A stretch of DNA of 63,453 bases, the filler included, from Octopus bimaculoides (taxonomy: Eukaryota): assembly GCF_001194135.2 (NCBI RefSeq). It is 6 parts of 6 records of this genome, joined end to end, with 100 filler letters (N's around TTAATTAATTAA, not from the genome) between each part and the next. Parts side by side here need not be neighbours in the genome. Positions count along the whole stretch, not along the records: positions 1 to 8,584 come from NC_068989.1; positions 8,685 to 33,821 come from NC_068991.1; 4 more parts are not named here. One strand, given 5' to 3'. The notes under the pieces are model-generated. The model saw only the letters and a list, made by a program, of their open reading frames with translations, was not told the DNA's origin and ran no database searches. Below, in pieces: positions 1-14,098 of this stretch. Within the stretch, counting starts at the first letter, position 1; the number at the start of each line of letters is the position of its first letter. A program made the position numbers and the translations under genes.

Positions 1-306
1 AGATACCAGGAAACCCCAAAATGGCTGAAGTCCAAAAGATAGTGCTCATGGGAACTGCCCATATCCTACGTAAAATACTGTCTATGTGATCTCAAATTTT
101 AAAGCAAACATAATTTTCTTATGGTTTCTTAAACATTCACTTGAACAAAACTGTACAAATCCAAATATATGGTACCCTAGGCATAACACCTACATGAACT
201 TCTAACTTGTTGTCTCTTGAGGTCTCTGGGTGAGACTTGGATCCAACTTGTACAAATGCAAAACAAAAGTCAAACATAAAATAATAATAATAATAATAAT
301 AATAAT
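1..306 (+). mobile_element. 3' end of R4/Dong-like (REL-endonuclease) non-LTR retrotransposon with (AAT)n tail
   Basis: Frame from nt 3 reads IPGNPKMAEVQKIVLMGTAHILRKILSM* (TGA 87-89), the typical ORF C-terminus of R4/Dong elements. A 3' UTR follows, then (AAT)n at about 281-306. Confidence 0.75.
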
Positions 307-700
307 CACAGAAATGGTACGAAAGAATATAAGATACTGTAGGATTTTACAATCCAATGTGACTCACTTATCAAGGCTCGGAGATTAGATATTGTTCTGG
401 TAATTAAGGTAATAAATGAAATCAAAATTATAGATATTGCAATACTTGACGATGCACGCATAAATGACAAAGAACTAGAAAAAATTGAAAAATACAGACT
501 ACTAAAATACGAGATCGCAATTATGTTGACTATGAGGAGAGTCTCTGTCATTCCAATAGTTAAAGAGGCACTCGGAACACTAAGAACCAAGTTTGAAAAA
601 TATATCAGAGAAATCGGAATTGATATGAGGGCAGAGCAAGCCCAAAACTGCGCTGCTGAAGACAGCTAGGATTTTGGAATTAGTACTTGGATGTTGGATG
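307..700 (+). mobile_element. Decayed restriction-like endonuclease domain of a second R4/Dong-like element
   Basis: Reads KIL*DFTIQCDSLIKARRLDIV...IIDIAILDDARINDKELEKIEKYRLLKYEI...VIPIVKEALGTL, then a frameshift to LLKTARIL. Matches the WDF..Q.D...RPD....IID.A.P...KE.EK..KY..L REL motif, with a stop and a frameshift. Confidence 0.75.
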
Positions 701-734
701 TTTCGCACGGTAACTAGCACCCAAGTATTAAGTA

Positions 735-1470
<736 letters not shown>

Positions 1471-1687
1471 AGAATGACGACGACGACGACGATGATGATG
1501 ATGAATAAATTAATAAATAAACAAGTGAAGAGCGTATATATGAGTGATTTCGTAGTATATAATTAATATTTCAAATTGCCCTAAATCTCAGTGAATGGGT
1601 TGTTAAATGTTCTAACTATATTTTGTAATGTACATAGTGTTGTTGAGTCTTTAAACATAAAAGTTATAATGACACGATCATGCGTAT

Positions 1688-1880
1688 CCGGACAATTACC
1701 CCCCCCCACACACACACTATAACCCTTCCCCGACAACAACTACCCCCTAGGACAATTACCCCTTTTAGTTAATTACCCCTCTCCAATATATTAAGAAATT
1801 TTAAATCATTATCTGTTGTCCTCAGGGGTAAGTGTCTTTGTGGGGGAGAGGTTATTGTCCATGGTGGGTAAATGTCCTAT
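1688..1880. mobile_element. Small foldback/MITE-like element with repeated GGACAATTACCCC motifs
   Basis: GGACAATTACCCC occurs twice on the left. Degenerate inverted copies (ggggtaagtgtc, ggttattgtcc, gggtaaatgtcc) occur on the right. Confidence 0.4.
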
Positions 1881-2538
1881 TGAACCTTTGCAATGTGTTT
1901 CCGTACACAGTTATTCATGGAATTATATTGTGGAATAATGTAATCTTTAGAAGTAGGTATTGCTATATTACTTAACTGATTCTTCATTAAGTAGTGGAGC
2001 ACGTTCAAGCGATAATCATTAACAGTTATTCACGATAGTGTACACACTCGTAAATACACTCGCCCAGATTTACTGATCGGTTTCGTTCTGTTTATTTATA
2101 GACACCTGATTTCATCCCTTTCTACATAATTTACGATGGCTAGAATACTATAAATAGAGAACGTGAACATAGAATTTCCCTTTCTCCACCGGTGAGCTTG
2201 AGAACTATGTAGATGTTAACATTGATTTATGGAGTAATTTTTTACTAAATACTAGATCAACATCTTCCTATATTCCAACATATCAGGGTTTATAAAATGA
2301 ACACAATGAAATATATAGAACCACACCAATGCTTCATTAAAACAAGTAGCAGCAAACGGCATGTGCATGACCAAATACATACAACGCAATCTAAGTAACC
2401 AAGAGAAACATCTACATTATGTTTACATAACTTACAAACACCAACACAACTTTGCGTGGGGTAAAACGATCCCTCTCTTTAATCAACGAACACTTTGATA
2501 ACGTGTGTGTGTATTATTTGAATAGATGTGCCATGGAA

Positions 2539-2570
<32 letters not shown>

Positions 2571-3893
2571 NNNNNNNNNNNNNNNNNNNNNNNNNNNNNN
2601 NNNNNNNNNNNNNNNNNNNNNNNNNNNNNNNNNNNNNNNNNNNNNNNNNNNNNNNNNNNNNNNNNNNNNNNNNNNNNNNNNNNNNNNNNNNNNNNNNNNN
2701 NNNNNNNNNNNNNNNNNNNNNNNNNNNNNNNNNNNNNNNNNNNNNNNNNNNNNNNNNNNNNNNNNNAGATAGATAGTTAAAATAAATAGATATGCATGTG
2801 TGTAAGTGTGTGTGCTTGTATGTGGGGTAATGTGCGCATATAAGGATTTGTAAAGGTATGCTTGCGTGTCTCTCAACATTTTTTCTATGCTGAATGTTCC
2901 ATTCACACATTTCTTGATCTTCGGCTAGACCAGAGATTTTCAAGCAGGGTCAATATGACCCGTGCTCCAAATAAGATTGGAAGGAGGAGGCGGTGGGGGG
3001 GGGGCACATAATAAATAGTAAATTGGATACACAAAAATATTTTATGGGTCCGTGAAAAAAATTGCTTTAGATGTATTTTTTGTAAGATACAGTTTGGTTT
3101 TTTTTTTTCCTCTCTTTCCTCCTACAAAAAACGAATGTGTGATAAATAAAATAAGTATTTCGAAAGAAGTTTCTGTAAAACTAGTTTTCCAACATCGAAT
3201 GGCTAAGCGGGTGGGGAGGCGGGCATCAGAATAAAATAATAAAATAATAAAATAATAAAAGGGGTCGTACATATAAAAAATATGGTTAAAAATCATTATG
3301 TTAGGCCTACAACAACGATGCACTCACAATTCTCTCCTAGATAAGACAGCAGCTCATTCATTTCTCAAAATCTACAAACCCTTCAGTCTAAATTCATCAA
3401 GTTTTTCGAATTTGCCTTCCCACTCTACCTGTTCAAAAATACACACCTGTTTCTCTGTATCTCATTACCTGCACTGCATGTACTTCCTACTTGCCTCCTT
3501 TTCACCCTGTTCCGCTACAAACTCCTCAAAGCTCACCACACCCATACTTACCTTTCGCACATACACTAATACAGTTTCAACACGTAAAGGCTTACACACA
3601 ACTCCAACGGCTATCCTCCCCATGTATTTACACATTTCACTTTTACACACACATACACATATATACTTACACGTATACTCCTATTCATCTACCATCTGGT
3701 ATTTCTGATGCATACACACGACACACAAGCACACGTTTATCCACAAAACCTAATCTTAAATTACATACGCACATACCAACACATGTAGACCCACTATCCC
3801 TTATTAATATACTTCTCCAATCTTTGGCTCTTCATTGCCCTCATTTATACACACATACACTCACAAATACACTCGCACAGACACAAACACATA

Positions 3894-3927
<34 letters not shown>

Positions 3928-4255
3928 TACGCGAGTGCGCACAGGCAAAATACATACAACACATTTCACACATTCTCACCCACATATATCCACTCTCACA
4001 TACATGCACACTCACTCGTGCATCTACACTTAAGTACTTTCGTTTTGGTTAACATAATTGAACCACCCATTTACTTCTCTTCCTTCTCTCACTTCTATTT
4101 GGTTGTTTGTTAATTTTCCTCCTCTTACGTCCAATTTTGTGTTACAAAAACATTTTTATTCTTCCCTTATTTCTGTCCGCCATTTTCCCCAAACGCATGT
4201 GTAAAAACACCCGACGTTTTGCCTTCTTCATCTAAGTTAATTCATCTTTTATTAA

Positions 4256-4670
4256 TTTTCTTTATTGCCCACAAGGGGCTAAACATAGAGGGAACAAACA
4301 AGGACAGACAAAGGGATTAAAGTCGATTGCATCGACCCCAGTGCGTAACTGGTAATTAATTTATCGACCTCGAAAGGATGAAAGGTAAAGTCGACCTCGG
4401 CGGAATTTGAACTAAGAACGTAACGGCAGACGAAATACCTAATTCTTTATTGCCCACAAGAGGCTAAACATAGAGGAGACAAACAAAGACAGACAAAGGG
4501 ATTAAGTCGATTACATCGACCCCAGTGCATAACTGGTACTTAATTTATCGACCCCGAAAGGATGAAAGGCAAAGTCGACCTCGGCGGCATTTGAACTCAG
4601 AACGTAACGGCAGACGAAATGCCGCTAAGCATTTCGCCCGGTGTGCTAACGTTTCTGCCAGCTCGCCGCC
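4256..4670 (-). mobile_element. Head-to-tail dimer of tRNA-derived Nin/Deu-domain-like SINE (full copy about 4443-4670; 5'-truncated copy about 4256-4440)
   Basis: On -: A-box-like GGCAGAAACGTTAG and B-box GAGTTCAAAT, followed by GTCGACTTTGCCTTTCATCCTTTCGGGGTCGATAAATTAAGTACCAG. The two copies are near-identical. Confidence 0.8.
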
Positions 4671-4899
4671 TTTTATTAATTTTCTACCTACCTTTTATTA
4701 TGTTCTGGATTCTTAATCAATTCCGCTTTTATATTTTATCAATGTCTTGGATTCGTAACCATTTTCATTAATTTTTTTCTAATGATAGTTTTCAAGAACT
4801 TCTATCAGTAAATCATCAGTCTTTGTTTTGTAGTCGCTTACCCAAGATGCTGCCAAATATATTCCATTTTACCTATATATTTCTTACCTATTATATAAT

Positions 4900-5050
4900 T
4901 TTTTACCTCCTTAGATTAATTATGGCTTCGTGTTCAAATTGAACGCTGTGCGGAATTATTGCACCGGGTTCACGTAAATCAACCAAAGCGTATTGACCTT
5001 TGCATCACAATTGGTGGAAAACACATTGAAGATGTTATTTGTTAATATTC
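4900..5050 (+). mobile_element. Possible Tc1/mariner transposase C-terminal remnant
   Basis: Reads CITIGGKHIEDVIC*, resembling the C...G.H.E terminus of Tc1/mariner transposases. Short, so weak. Confidence 0.3.
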
Positions 5051-5239
5051 CAAATTAATAGAATGTTGTCGAAAAGTTTACATCTATTTCTGTAATTCAG
5101 TGAATTTGCCTTTAGGCAGTTGAAATATGTCACAAGCGTATTTTAGCTAACTTAAATTTGCTTATGTCTAAACAATGCTTGGCACAATATTATGGTAATA
5201 CATACATACCTGCATATATACATATACATACATATATAC

Positions 5240-5277
<38 letters not shown>

Positions 5278-5500
5278 GTGATCTTCTTCTAGCACATTAG
5301 CAGTCCACCTAGTGGTCTCCTTTTTATATATACATATACAATAATCCTTTGAGATCTCAGATATTTTTTCTGAGTCTCCTTGATTCTTTTAATGTGCTTA
5401 TTCCCTGGTATTAAATTGATATTAATTTATATCCATTTTTTTTACCCTACTGTCTTAATTTATATACACACACACACACATACACACACACGCACCACAC

Positions 5501-5544
<44 letters not shown>

Positions 5545-5736
5545 GGGACAAAAAAGCAACAGAGGGCATTAAAACGTTCGGACAGATAAACGATACATAT
5601 GTGGACAAGAGAAACAACAATGAGAAGAACAGGCGAAAAAAGACGGGTCATTCTTGGCTTTCTTTCATCAGTCAAGTCCCAGAAGCCACGACCATTTCTG
5701 GCAGTTACACTTGAGATGGTTCGATCTGTTTGCCCC

Positions 5737-6010
5737 CCATGGCTTACTGGTTAAGGTGTTGCAATCACGACTCTCAGACCAGTTGTTGCGTTGTGTTCTT
5801 GAGTTAAAGACTTCATGTCACATTGTTCTTCAGTCAACACCTCATCTGACATGTGACATGTGACGTGTCGTGCACCTGTAGAGGTAATATCGATGTAATA
5901 GCGGGAGCGAGCTTATGTGAACACAAACATTTGATCACTATAAGCAAATCATGTCTGTGATTGTTCAGCAAGGAATTGCAGGATCCTTATACGCCATCTA
6001 AAGACGGGAG
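5737..6010 (+). mobile_element. Degenerate tRNA-derived SINE
   Basis: A-box-like TGGCTTACTGGTTAAGG, followed by a TTGTGTTCTTGAG central motif. Confidence 0.4.
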
Positions 6011-6078
6011 AGTTCATTGTACATATTTACACAAAGGTATGGGTGTATATTTGTATCCATTGATGTATACATATATAT

Positions 6079-6084
<6 letters not shown>

Positions 6085-6117
<33 letters not shown>

Positions 6118-6395
6118 TACATATATATATCTATCTATCTATCNNNNNNNNNNNNNNNNNNNNNNNNNNNNNNNNNNNNNNNNNNNNNNNNNNNNNNNNN
6201 NNNNNNNNNNNNNNNNNNNNNNNNNNNNNNNNNNNNNNNNNNNNNNNNNNNNNNNNNNNNNNNNTATATATATATAATTGTATGTAAGCGCATGCATGCA
6301 TATGCATGTATTTCAGAGTGTCTGTTCATGTATTTGATAAACATATTTCTACAAATACTTTCATTTTTTACAATCTCTCTCTCTTTCTCTCTCTA

Positions 6396-6447
<52 letters not shown>

Positions 6448-6765
6448 CTTTTCTCCTTTTATCTTCTCATTTATCATTCTATTTAAATTCCCTCTCAAAT
6501 GTCATTCTATGCCTCTCTCTTCGCATTTCACTTCCTCTCTCTCTATCTTTCTCTCTGCATTTCATTTCCTCTCTACTTCTTCGTAAGTCTCTTTCACTTC
6601 CAATCACGTCCGTTTTCCTTCTCTCACCATGTCTTTCTCTCCCTCTCTCTCTTTCTTTCTTTTCCTCTCCCTCTCCCGCCCTTTCATTTTCTCTTCTTCT
6701 CCCCTTCCTCTCTCTCTCTCTTCTTCTTCTCCCCTTCCTCTCTCTCTCTCTCTCTTCTTCTCCCC

Positions 6766-6799
<34 letters not shown>

Positions 6800-7831
6800 T
6801 CTCCTTCTCTGCTACCCAATTAAACAATCACCCATTCTCTTTATATCTTATCACACCCTTTTTTTTCTTATACTTCAAATAGCTCCTATTTCCTTCCTTT
6901 CTCATTTCTACCACATCTCTCTCTCTCTCACTCACCATCTTCCTCTCTCTCTTTCACACACTCACCATCTCCCTCCCTCTGTCTCTCTCACACAAACTCA
7001 CCATCTCCTCTCTCTCTCTCATCTTTACGTTGCCATTCTCTTCCACTATCTTCTCCCTATCTCTCCCGAATTTCTCCCGCTTCTCCCGCGTTTCTCTCCT
7101 TTCACTATCACTTTCGTTTCGCTTCTACTTCAAGTCGCTGGCGTGTTCTTTATCCCATCTGCCTCGCTTTCTACCTTCTGCTCTAATTATCATTCTATCT
7201 TCCTCTCCCATTTCTTCTCTCACGGTTTTTCTCTCACCCACTCTCTCTCTCCCCCCTCTCTCCCTCCCTCTCTCCCCCTCTCTCTCTCTCTACCTTCTCT
7301 CTTCCTTTGACGTGCTACTCAACCACATCAGTAATATGTTAGTCGTGCTGGTTGTTATAGAAACATAGTTCAAGAGTAGTGGCATAGATAATACCTCATT
7401 ACCAACAGCATCGTTACCATCATCATCGGCGTCATCATCATCATCATCATGGTCGTCGTCGTCATGGCCATCGTCGTCACAGTCATCGTCATCGTCATCG
7501 TCATCGTCGTACCCGTCGTCGTCATCAACGTCGACTGCAGCAGTATCGTCATCACCATCGACAACCTTATCTTACCCTATTTTGCATGGAATTTCACGAA
7601 AATCAGCCACAGCTCTTAATAGATGGAATGTATGTATGTATGTATGTATGTATGTATGTATGTATGTATGTATGTTTGCATGCATGTATGTATGCATGAG
7701 TGTGTATGTATGTATGAGTGTGTATGTATGTATGTATGTAAGTATGCATGTATGAGTGTGTATGTATATATGTGTGCATGTATGTATATATTCCTTTGTG
7801 AATGTATGTATACATATATGTGTGCGTATGC

Positions 7832-7914
<83 letters not shown>

Positions 7915-8584
7915 TTTAAGTTTCAGCTCAGAGCTGCGGCCATGCTGATGCACCACATGTATAGATATGTATATATAAGTTTGTGTGTGTGTATATATGT
8001 ATGCATGTATATATTTATATACACACACATATATATATACATGTGCATGGATGTGTGGGTAAAGCGTTTACAGCTATATAGGTGTATATAGGTGAATGTA
8101 TTTGCATGTGCGTATGCATGTGTGTGAGTATGTGTATATATGTGTGTGCGTGTGTGTGGGAGAGGGCCGCAAGTACATAATTGTCAGCGTGATAATGGAT
8201 ATAAACCAGAAGATGAACATTCTTCATCGTCGTTAACGAATTCATAACATTTATGTACGTGTTATTATCTATTACAGATTAACATAGGCAGATATACAAA
8301 TAATATAAATATATACACATATATACACATCTAAGCATATACCCATGCACCCATATATTCATACGTACGCATACATACATACATACATACATACATGAAT
8401 ACATAAATACATACATACATACAAGTGTGCGTATGCATATATATATACATGTACATTATAGACGTGTATATATATATATATATATACGTGTGTGTGTGTG
8501 TGCGTGTATGTGTGTGTCTGTGTGTGTGCCTGTATATAAATATCTAACATACCTATTGATAGATGCATACCTATATGTGTATGT
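6085..8584. repeat. Compound microsatellite field: (TA)n, CT-rich polypyrimidine tract 6370-7310, (CAT/CGT)n 7400-7565, (TATG)n, (TA)n
   Basis: Directly visible. Confidence 0.95.
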
Positions 8585-8628
8585 NNNNNNNNNNNNNNNN
8601 NNNNNNNNNNNNNNNNNNNNNNNNNNNN

Positions 8629-8640
8629 TTAATTAATTAA
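8629..8640. other. Assembly join marker TTAATTAATTAA (also 33866-77, 55214-25, 58365-76, 61482-93)
   Basis: Always flanked by exactly 44 N on each side (100 bp total); carries stops in all six frames. Confidence 0.95.
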
Positions 8641-8684
8641 NNNNNNNNNNNNNNNNNNNNNNNNNNNNNNNNNNNNNNNNNNNN

Positions 8685-9003
8685 CTGGCAGCATCTTTGT
8701 ACATGGCTCGCACAGCTCTCACTAACCATTCTTCTATCCCAAGTTTCCTCATTGACCACCAGATAAGGGATCGGGGGACCCTGTCAAAGGCTTTCTCCAT
8801 GTCAACGAAAGCCAGGTACAGAGGTTTATCCTTAGCTAGGTATTTCTCCTGCAACTGTCTCACTAGAAATAAGGCATCAGTAGTGCTTTTACCTGGCACG
8901 AACCCAAACTGCATCTCATCTAAATTGATTCGCTCCCTAATTAGTTGGGCTATGACCCTCTCTGTAACTTTCATAACCTGATCTAACAGCTTGATGCCTC
9001 TAT
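8685..9003 (-). mobile_element. RTE-clade LINE reverse transcriptase fragment
   Basis: YRGIKLLDQVMKVTERVIAQLIRERINLDEMQFGFVPGKSTTDALFLVRQLQEKYLAKDKPLYLAFVDMEKAFDRVPR; QFGF and FVD.EKAFD RT motifs. Cut by an assembly join. Confidence 0.95.
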
Positions 9004-10470
9004 AAAAGTGTTTATTCTTCAGTCTCCAAAACTCTTAAAATGGTTCTGTTCTGGAAGGATTCTGACCATCTGCCAAATGAGTGAAGAATAATAACAGCAA
9101 ATGTTGAGTCTTATTGAAAATCACCCAGAAGAACTGTTGATCAAAATCCGGTGTTATTTTCAATCACTTTCAACAAGAGTGTATGATTACGTAAGGGACT
9201 CTCCTCTGAACTTGACTTTAAGAGAAGAGAATTGTGAGCTGCGGTCTGATAATATAGTCAAGATGTGATTTATTGATCTGTCCCTTGATACATTCTGGAT
9301 TTTTTTTTTACTCACGTTTATTGACAATGTAAAATATACCAGAAACCAAACTCCTAGCTTCAGAGACCTTATAAGGAAGTTTACATTCACACAAAGAAAG
9401 AAAAAAACATATTTGTATTCACAGAAAATGAACAAGAATAACCAACATCACTGAAACAAACAAAATATAAATAGAGTAAAAATGGATAACCATTATAATA
9501 ACAATCTTTTATTAACAATGTTGAAAAAGCATGGGATAAATTAAAATAGTATGTTGCATAAGCCAAGGCAATGTTATTTCTGAAACCAATTTAGACTTTG
9601 AAATTTGTTTCTCAAATAAGAAACTTGTGTTTATCATAAGATGCACAATATTTAATCTATAAATTTCATCTTCCAAGGAGGCAATTTCTATCTTCACTTT
9701 TGATGCTTGTTAAATACAAAAAGCTTGCATACAGATGTAAGTGGTTGAAAATTGCAGTAATATATTTATAGCTTTTCTGTGAATGAAAGGTTTGCTGTAT
9801 GTAATTTAGCTTTATGAATGAGAAAGTAAAAGATTAAGATACTTTTATGTGGAGGTGCTCAAAGTCATGGAATTTATTTCGAGGGTTTCCTGATGGTAAA
9901 AATGGTTGGAATGTCCTGATATCAATAATTATTGTTGTAGAGCCAGAGTATATCAGAGAAACTATGCATTTGATTTGCAATGAATATTCAAACTCTTGTA
10001 ATTGTGAAATATAAGCATACCTGTACACAAAGGAACAAATGCAATTAGCTAATTAGCTTAATATGGCAAGTTAAAAAAATAACTGCTTTAAAACTTAAAA
10101 TTTAGAGAAAGATATATAAGATAGTGTTTGATAGCTAAACCATGTGCTAATTTTCCGCATAATATATTAGCGCAAGTGAGAATAATATGGGACTTTGCAA
10201 GAAGGTTGAGAGAAACTATCCACCATTTTACGATCATCATCATCATTATATCCAAACATATGCGATAGAGATGGAGAACCTAATTAATCCTACATTATTG
10301 ACACATTCCCCATTTTGTTATCATCATCATCATCTTCCAACAAGATCAATTATATTTTTGTTTAAGAATGATAAATTTGAACTCTACAAAAGTATAGAGT
10401 AACCCATCAGATTAATGTAAAATTGATTTTATTATAACTGAACATAAAAACAAACATTAATATATATATA

Positions 10471-11455
10471 TCATCATCATCATCATCATCATCATCGTTT
10501 AACGTCCGCTTTCCATGCTAGCATGGGTTGGACGATTTGACTGAGGACTGGTGAAACCAGATGGCATCACCAGGCCCCAATCTAATTTGGCAGAGTTTCT
10601 ACAGCTGGATGCCCTTTCTAATGTCAACCACTCAGAGAGTGTAGTGGGTGCTTTTACGTGTCACCCACATGAGGGCCAGTCAGGCGGTACTGGCAACGGC
10701 CACGCTCAAAATGGTGTCTTTTATGTGCCACCCACACAAGAGCCAGTCCAGGGACACTGGCAGCGATCTCGCTCGAAAATCCTATGGAGGCCAGTCAGGC
10801 GGTACTGGCAACGGCCACGCTCAAAATGGTGCATCTTATGTGCCACCCGCACAAGAGCCAGTCCAGGGGCACTGGCAATGATCTCACTTGGCTTGCCGGG
10901 TCTTCTCACGCACAGCACATTTCNNNNNNNNNNNNNNNNNNNNNNNNNNNNNNNNNNNNNNNNNNNNNNNNNNNNNNNNNNNNNNNNNNNNNNNNNNNNN
11001 NNNNNNNNNNNNNNNNNNNNNNNNNNNNNNNNNNNNNNNNNNNNNNNNNNNNNNNNNNNNNNNNNNNNNNNNNNNNNNNNNNNNNNNNNNNNNNNNNNNN
11101 NNNNNNNNNNNNNNNNNNNNNNNNNNNNNNNNNNNNTCCATACCAGCGCAATCGTCTCTCTTGTACACTACAACTGTTGCTTCTTATGTTCAGCTTTTCT
11201 CTCAAGATACTTACACTCTGACGGGTATGCACACTGACATTACACATCCAACGGAGCATACTGGCTTCATTCCTTGCGAGCTTACGCATGTCCTCAGCAG
11301 TCACAGCCCATGTTTCACTGCCATGTAGCATGGCTGTTCGTACACATGCATCATACAGTCTGCCTTTTACTCTGAGTGAGAGTCCCTTTGTCGCCAGCAG
11401 AGGTAAGAGCTCTCTAAACTTTGCACAGGCTATTCTTATTCTAGCAGCTACACTC
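10471..11455 (-). mobile_element. 5'-truncated RTE LINE (ORF2 C-terminus, 3' UTR, (GAT)n tail)
   Basis: RIRIACAKFRELLPLLATKGLSLRVKGRLYDACVRTAMLHGSETW...QERRLRWYG. The 3' UTR has a 115-nt tandem duplication; (GAT)n tail at about 10471-10495. Gap at 10924-11135. Confidence 0.93.
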
Positions 11456-11797
11456 GGTTCCGGGTTCAGTCCCACTGCATGGCACATTGGGCAAGTGTCT
11501 TCTATTATAGCCTTGAGTAGATTTGGTAGACAGAAACTGAAAGAAGCCCAATGTGTATATATATGTGTGGGGTGTATGTACGTGTTTGTGTGTCTGTGTT
11601 TGTCCTCACCAACATCGCTTGACAACTGATGTTGGTGTGTTTACATTCCTGTCACTTGGTGATTCGGCAAGAGAGACCGATAGAATAAGTACTATGGAAA
11701 CAAGGAATAAGTCCTGGGTCGATTTGCTTGATTAAAAGTGGTGCTCCAGCATGGCTGCAGTCAAGTGACTGAAACAAATAAAAGAATAAAAAAAAAG
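11456..11797 (+). mobile_element. tRNA-derived SINE (GGTTCAGTCCCACTG head; ACTGAAACAAATAAAAGAA tail), 5' end clipped at the RTE junction
   Basis: B-box-like GGTTCAGTCCC. Related pieces at about 32370-32540, 33615-33760, 38260-38410, 59505-59655 and 60146-60560. Confidence 0.75.
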
Positions 11798-12237
11798 AAT
11801 ATATATAACATTACTTGTACCATGTCCTCGTGTTGTTGCTTTTGATATTTGTTCTTCTTTGTTTGGCAAAATTTGATGCAGATTCTCTTCTCAACTTTCT
11901 CTGTCATAGTCAATGCGACAATCACACACTACACACCTTCTTTCCAAGCACTGTTGTAAACAGCAGAAGTGAACTAGAACATTAAAATTTAGTACACATG
12001 CACAGCCAAGTTCAATGTCAATCTGTGCCAAGTAGCTTCACTCCATATGCTTTAACATCGTTACTATGGCAATAGTCCTGATAGTTATTAATCAGACCAT
12101 GTATATATGATAAAACAGGAACGTGGGAATTTTTTGGTATTATTTATTATTCATTATACGTGTTACATTTGCTATTAGGAATATAAAGATTTACACGTTA
12201 AATAAACATGTACAGAATATCCTATTAGAAATATATA

Positions 12238-12765
12238 TGTAACGACCGTGCGATCAGGAGATGGTGACAAGGAAAGGCTCCTTTAGCGGATCGCACAGTT
12301 GAAACAAATAAAAAACACGAAAAGAGGTTAAATGATTATAAGTGCCAAAAAGGAAAAAGAGAGACGCAACCAGTAGAAGGTTTAAGAGAAGGTTTTATTG
12401 ATATGTCAACTTGTATGTCTGTGTGTGTGTGAGTGCGACATAATAAACACAATAATAGACTGGCCGTCATGCAAACAAAGTGTATGTGTATACAAACATA
12501 GATGTGAGTGTGTGCGAGAAATACAGAGCATAGAAAGAGTCTATAAGGACGTTGAGAGAAAGTCCAGACACAAGGATGGTAAAAACCAGTTCGTATGCAA
12601 GGTGCACAGTAGTTGAGGTGCTGTAACAAGAAGTTGTAGCAGCAAGGCAGAGCCGAAGAGACACATGTCATGTAAGAAGTTGAGGCTTCAATGCTGCGGC
12701 CAGTTACTTGGTACAGGAGTTCTTGCAGGTTGTATTCGCTGTTAACCATGAGGAAGCATTTCACA
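12238..12765 (-). mobile_element. Solo-LTR-like element (528 bp)
   Basis: On -: begins TGTGAAA, ends CGTTACA, with AATAAA about 155 nt before the end. Higher GC than the flanks. No TSD found. Confidence 0.45.
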
Positions 12766-12982
12766 AACAGTGTGGAGAAAAGTATACTAGTTCAATAAGA
12801 ATGGACATTTAATATTTCATTTGTTCAATAAGAATAGAAAATGAATATTTAATTTCATTTCTTTTTACTATATTATTTTATATCTTATATTAATATTAGA
12901 AGATGATAAATAAAATGTGAAAAACAGAGTTGGAATTCCTTTGAGTAATATATTCTTCTATACACAATCATACAAACCCATT

Positions 12983-13031
<49 letters not shown>

Positions 13032-13078
13032 TCAATAATAGGATGAATTCTTTTACAAGAATTTATCAAGTAGCTAGC

Positions 13079-13160
<82 letters not shown>

Positions 13161-13377
13161 ATATGTATGTATGTATATACATATATACATATATATATGA
13201 TGGGCTTCTTGAGAAAAATTATATTAATGTGTCCTACTGGTAAAAATTATATTTATTTGTGCAGCTGAAGGTGACACTGTGTTTAAATTGATGTAATGAT
13301 TGCATTGTTCAATTAAATGGAGTCGCTTGAAATGGTCATACTGCATCACTACTTGATATACTGTTGCTTATTTTGAT

Positions 13378-13408
<31 letters not shown>

Positions 13409-13424
13409 ACGTACGTATGTATAT

Positions 13425-13637
13425 AATGTTTTATAATTATATACATAACTATAACAAGGAATCGGCTTTATGCCTCACCACGCACTGCAAGAGGTAGACG
13501 CTAAAGCCCCTATTACCACCTTAAAATCTCCGAGAATTTAAGGTAGTAATATGGGCTTTAGCGTCTATCTCTTGCAGTGTGTGGTGAGGCATAAAGCTGA
13601 TCTCTTGTTATAATTCTGTATATAATTATGAAATATT
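13425..13637. repeat. Long inverted repeat (about 100-bp arms, 11-nt loop); probable palindromic MITE
   Basis: Arms 13425-13525 and 13537-13637 are reverse-complementary with about 11 mismatches. Confidence 0.9.
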
Positions 13638-13714
13638 TTGTAAAATTTACGTATGAGGTTTTTATTTGCGCGCAGACCACCTGGTAAAATTATTATTGAT
13701 TTTACCCTTTTTTT

Positions 13715-13789
<75 letters not shown>

Positions 13790-13799
13790 ACACAAATAT

Positions 13800-14095
13800 A
13801 CTTTATTGAAAAGCAGCAAAAGTATCACAAAAACTGTTACTCAGAGTTTCACGTTCCTGCTCCCGTTCGTTGGAGAGTTTTGTTTAGAATAGAGCAAGAT
13901 AAAGTTATATGCTGAAATACAATTAGTTTGATAGATACACATTTGAAAATGGTTTTGTTTCATTGGTCTTTTCAGCTAATGGTCTTTACAATAACTGGTT
14001 GCATGAAATAACAATTGCCGTTTAAAATCATATTATTATAAAAATCGAAGAAAACTGTAAATCAAAAAGTCTTGTAGTGACAGCTTATAGCAGAC
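13800..14095. mobile_element. Penelope-like terminal repeat remnant
   Basis: AAAACTGTTACTCAGAGTTTCACGTTCC...GTTCGT resembles the TGA..GA...GAAAC terminal motif of Penelope-like elements on -. Inference. Confidence 0.35.
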
Positions 14096-14098
14096 GAC

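Noticed and set aside
6306-7310. 334-aa Leu/Ser-rich ORF resembling a membrane protein
   Set aside because: Translation of a (CT)n polypyrimidine tract.
9005-9130. FSI...CC...LIWQMVRIL as TMED10 last exon
   Set aside because: Preceded by an in-frame stop, no phase-1 acceptor in that frame, no STN..RV or KKxx end.
9834-10028. 64-aa - strand ORF with a CAG| acceptor
   Set aside because: Wrong phase for TMED10, no recognisable family, and the opposite strand is also open.
10660-10890. CRISPR-like repeat/spacer pattern (also 19255-19470)
   Set aside because: Tandem duplications within an RTE 3' UTR with no unique spacers; eukaryotic context, no cas genes.
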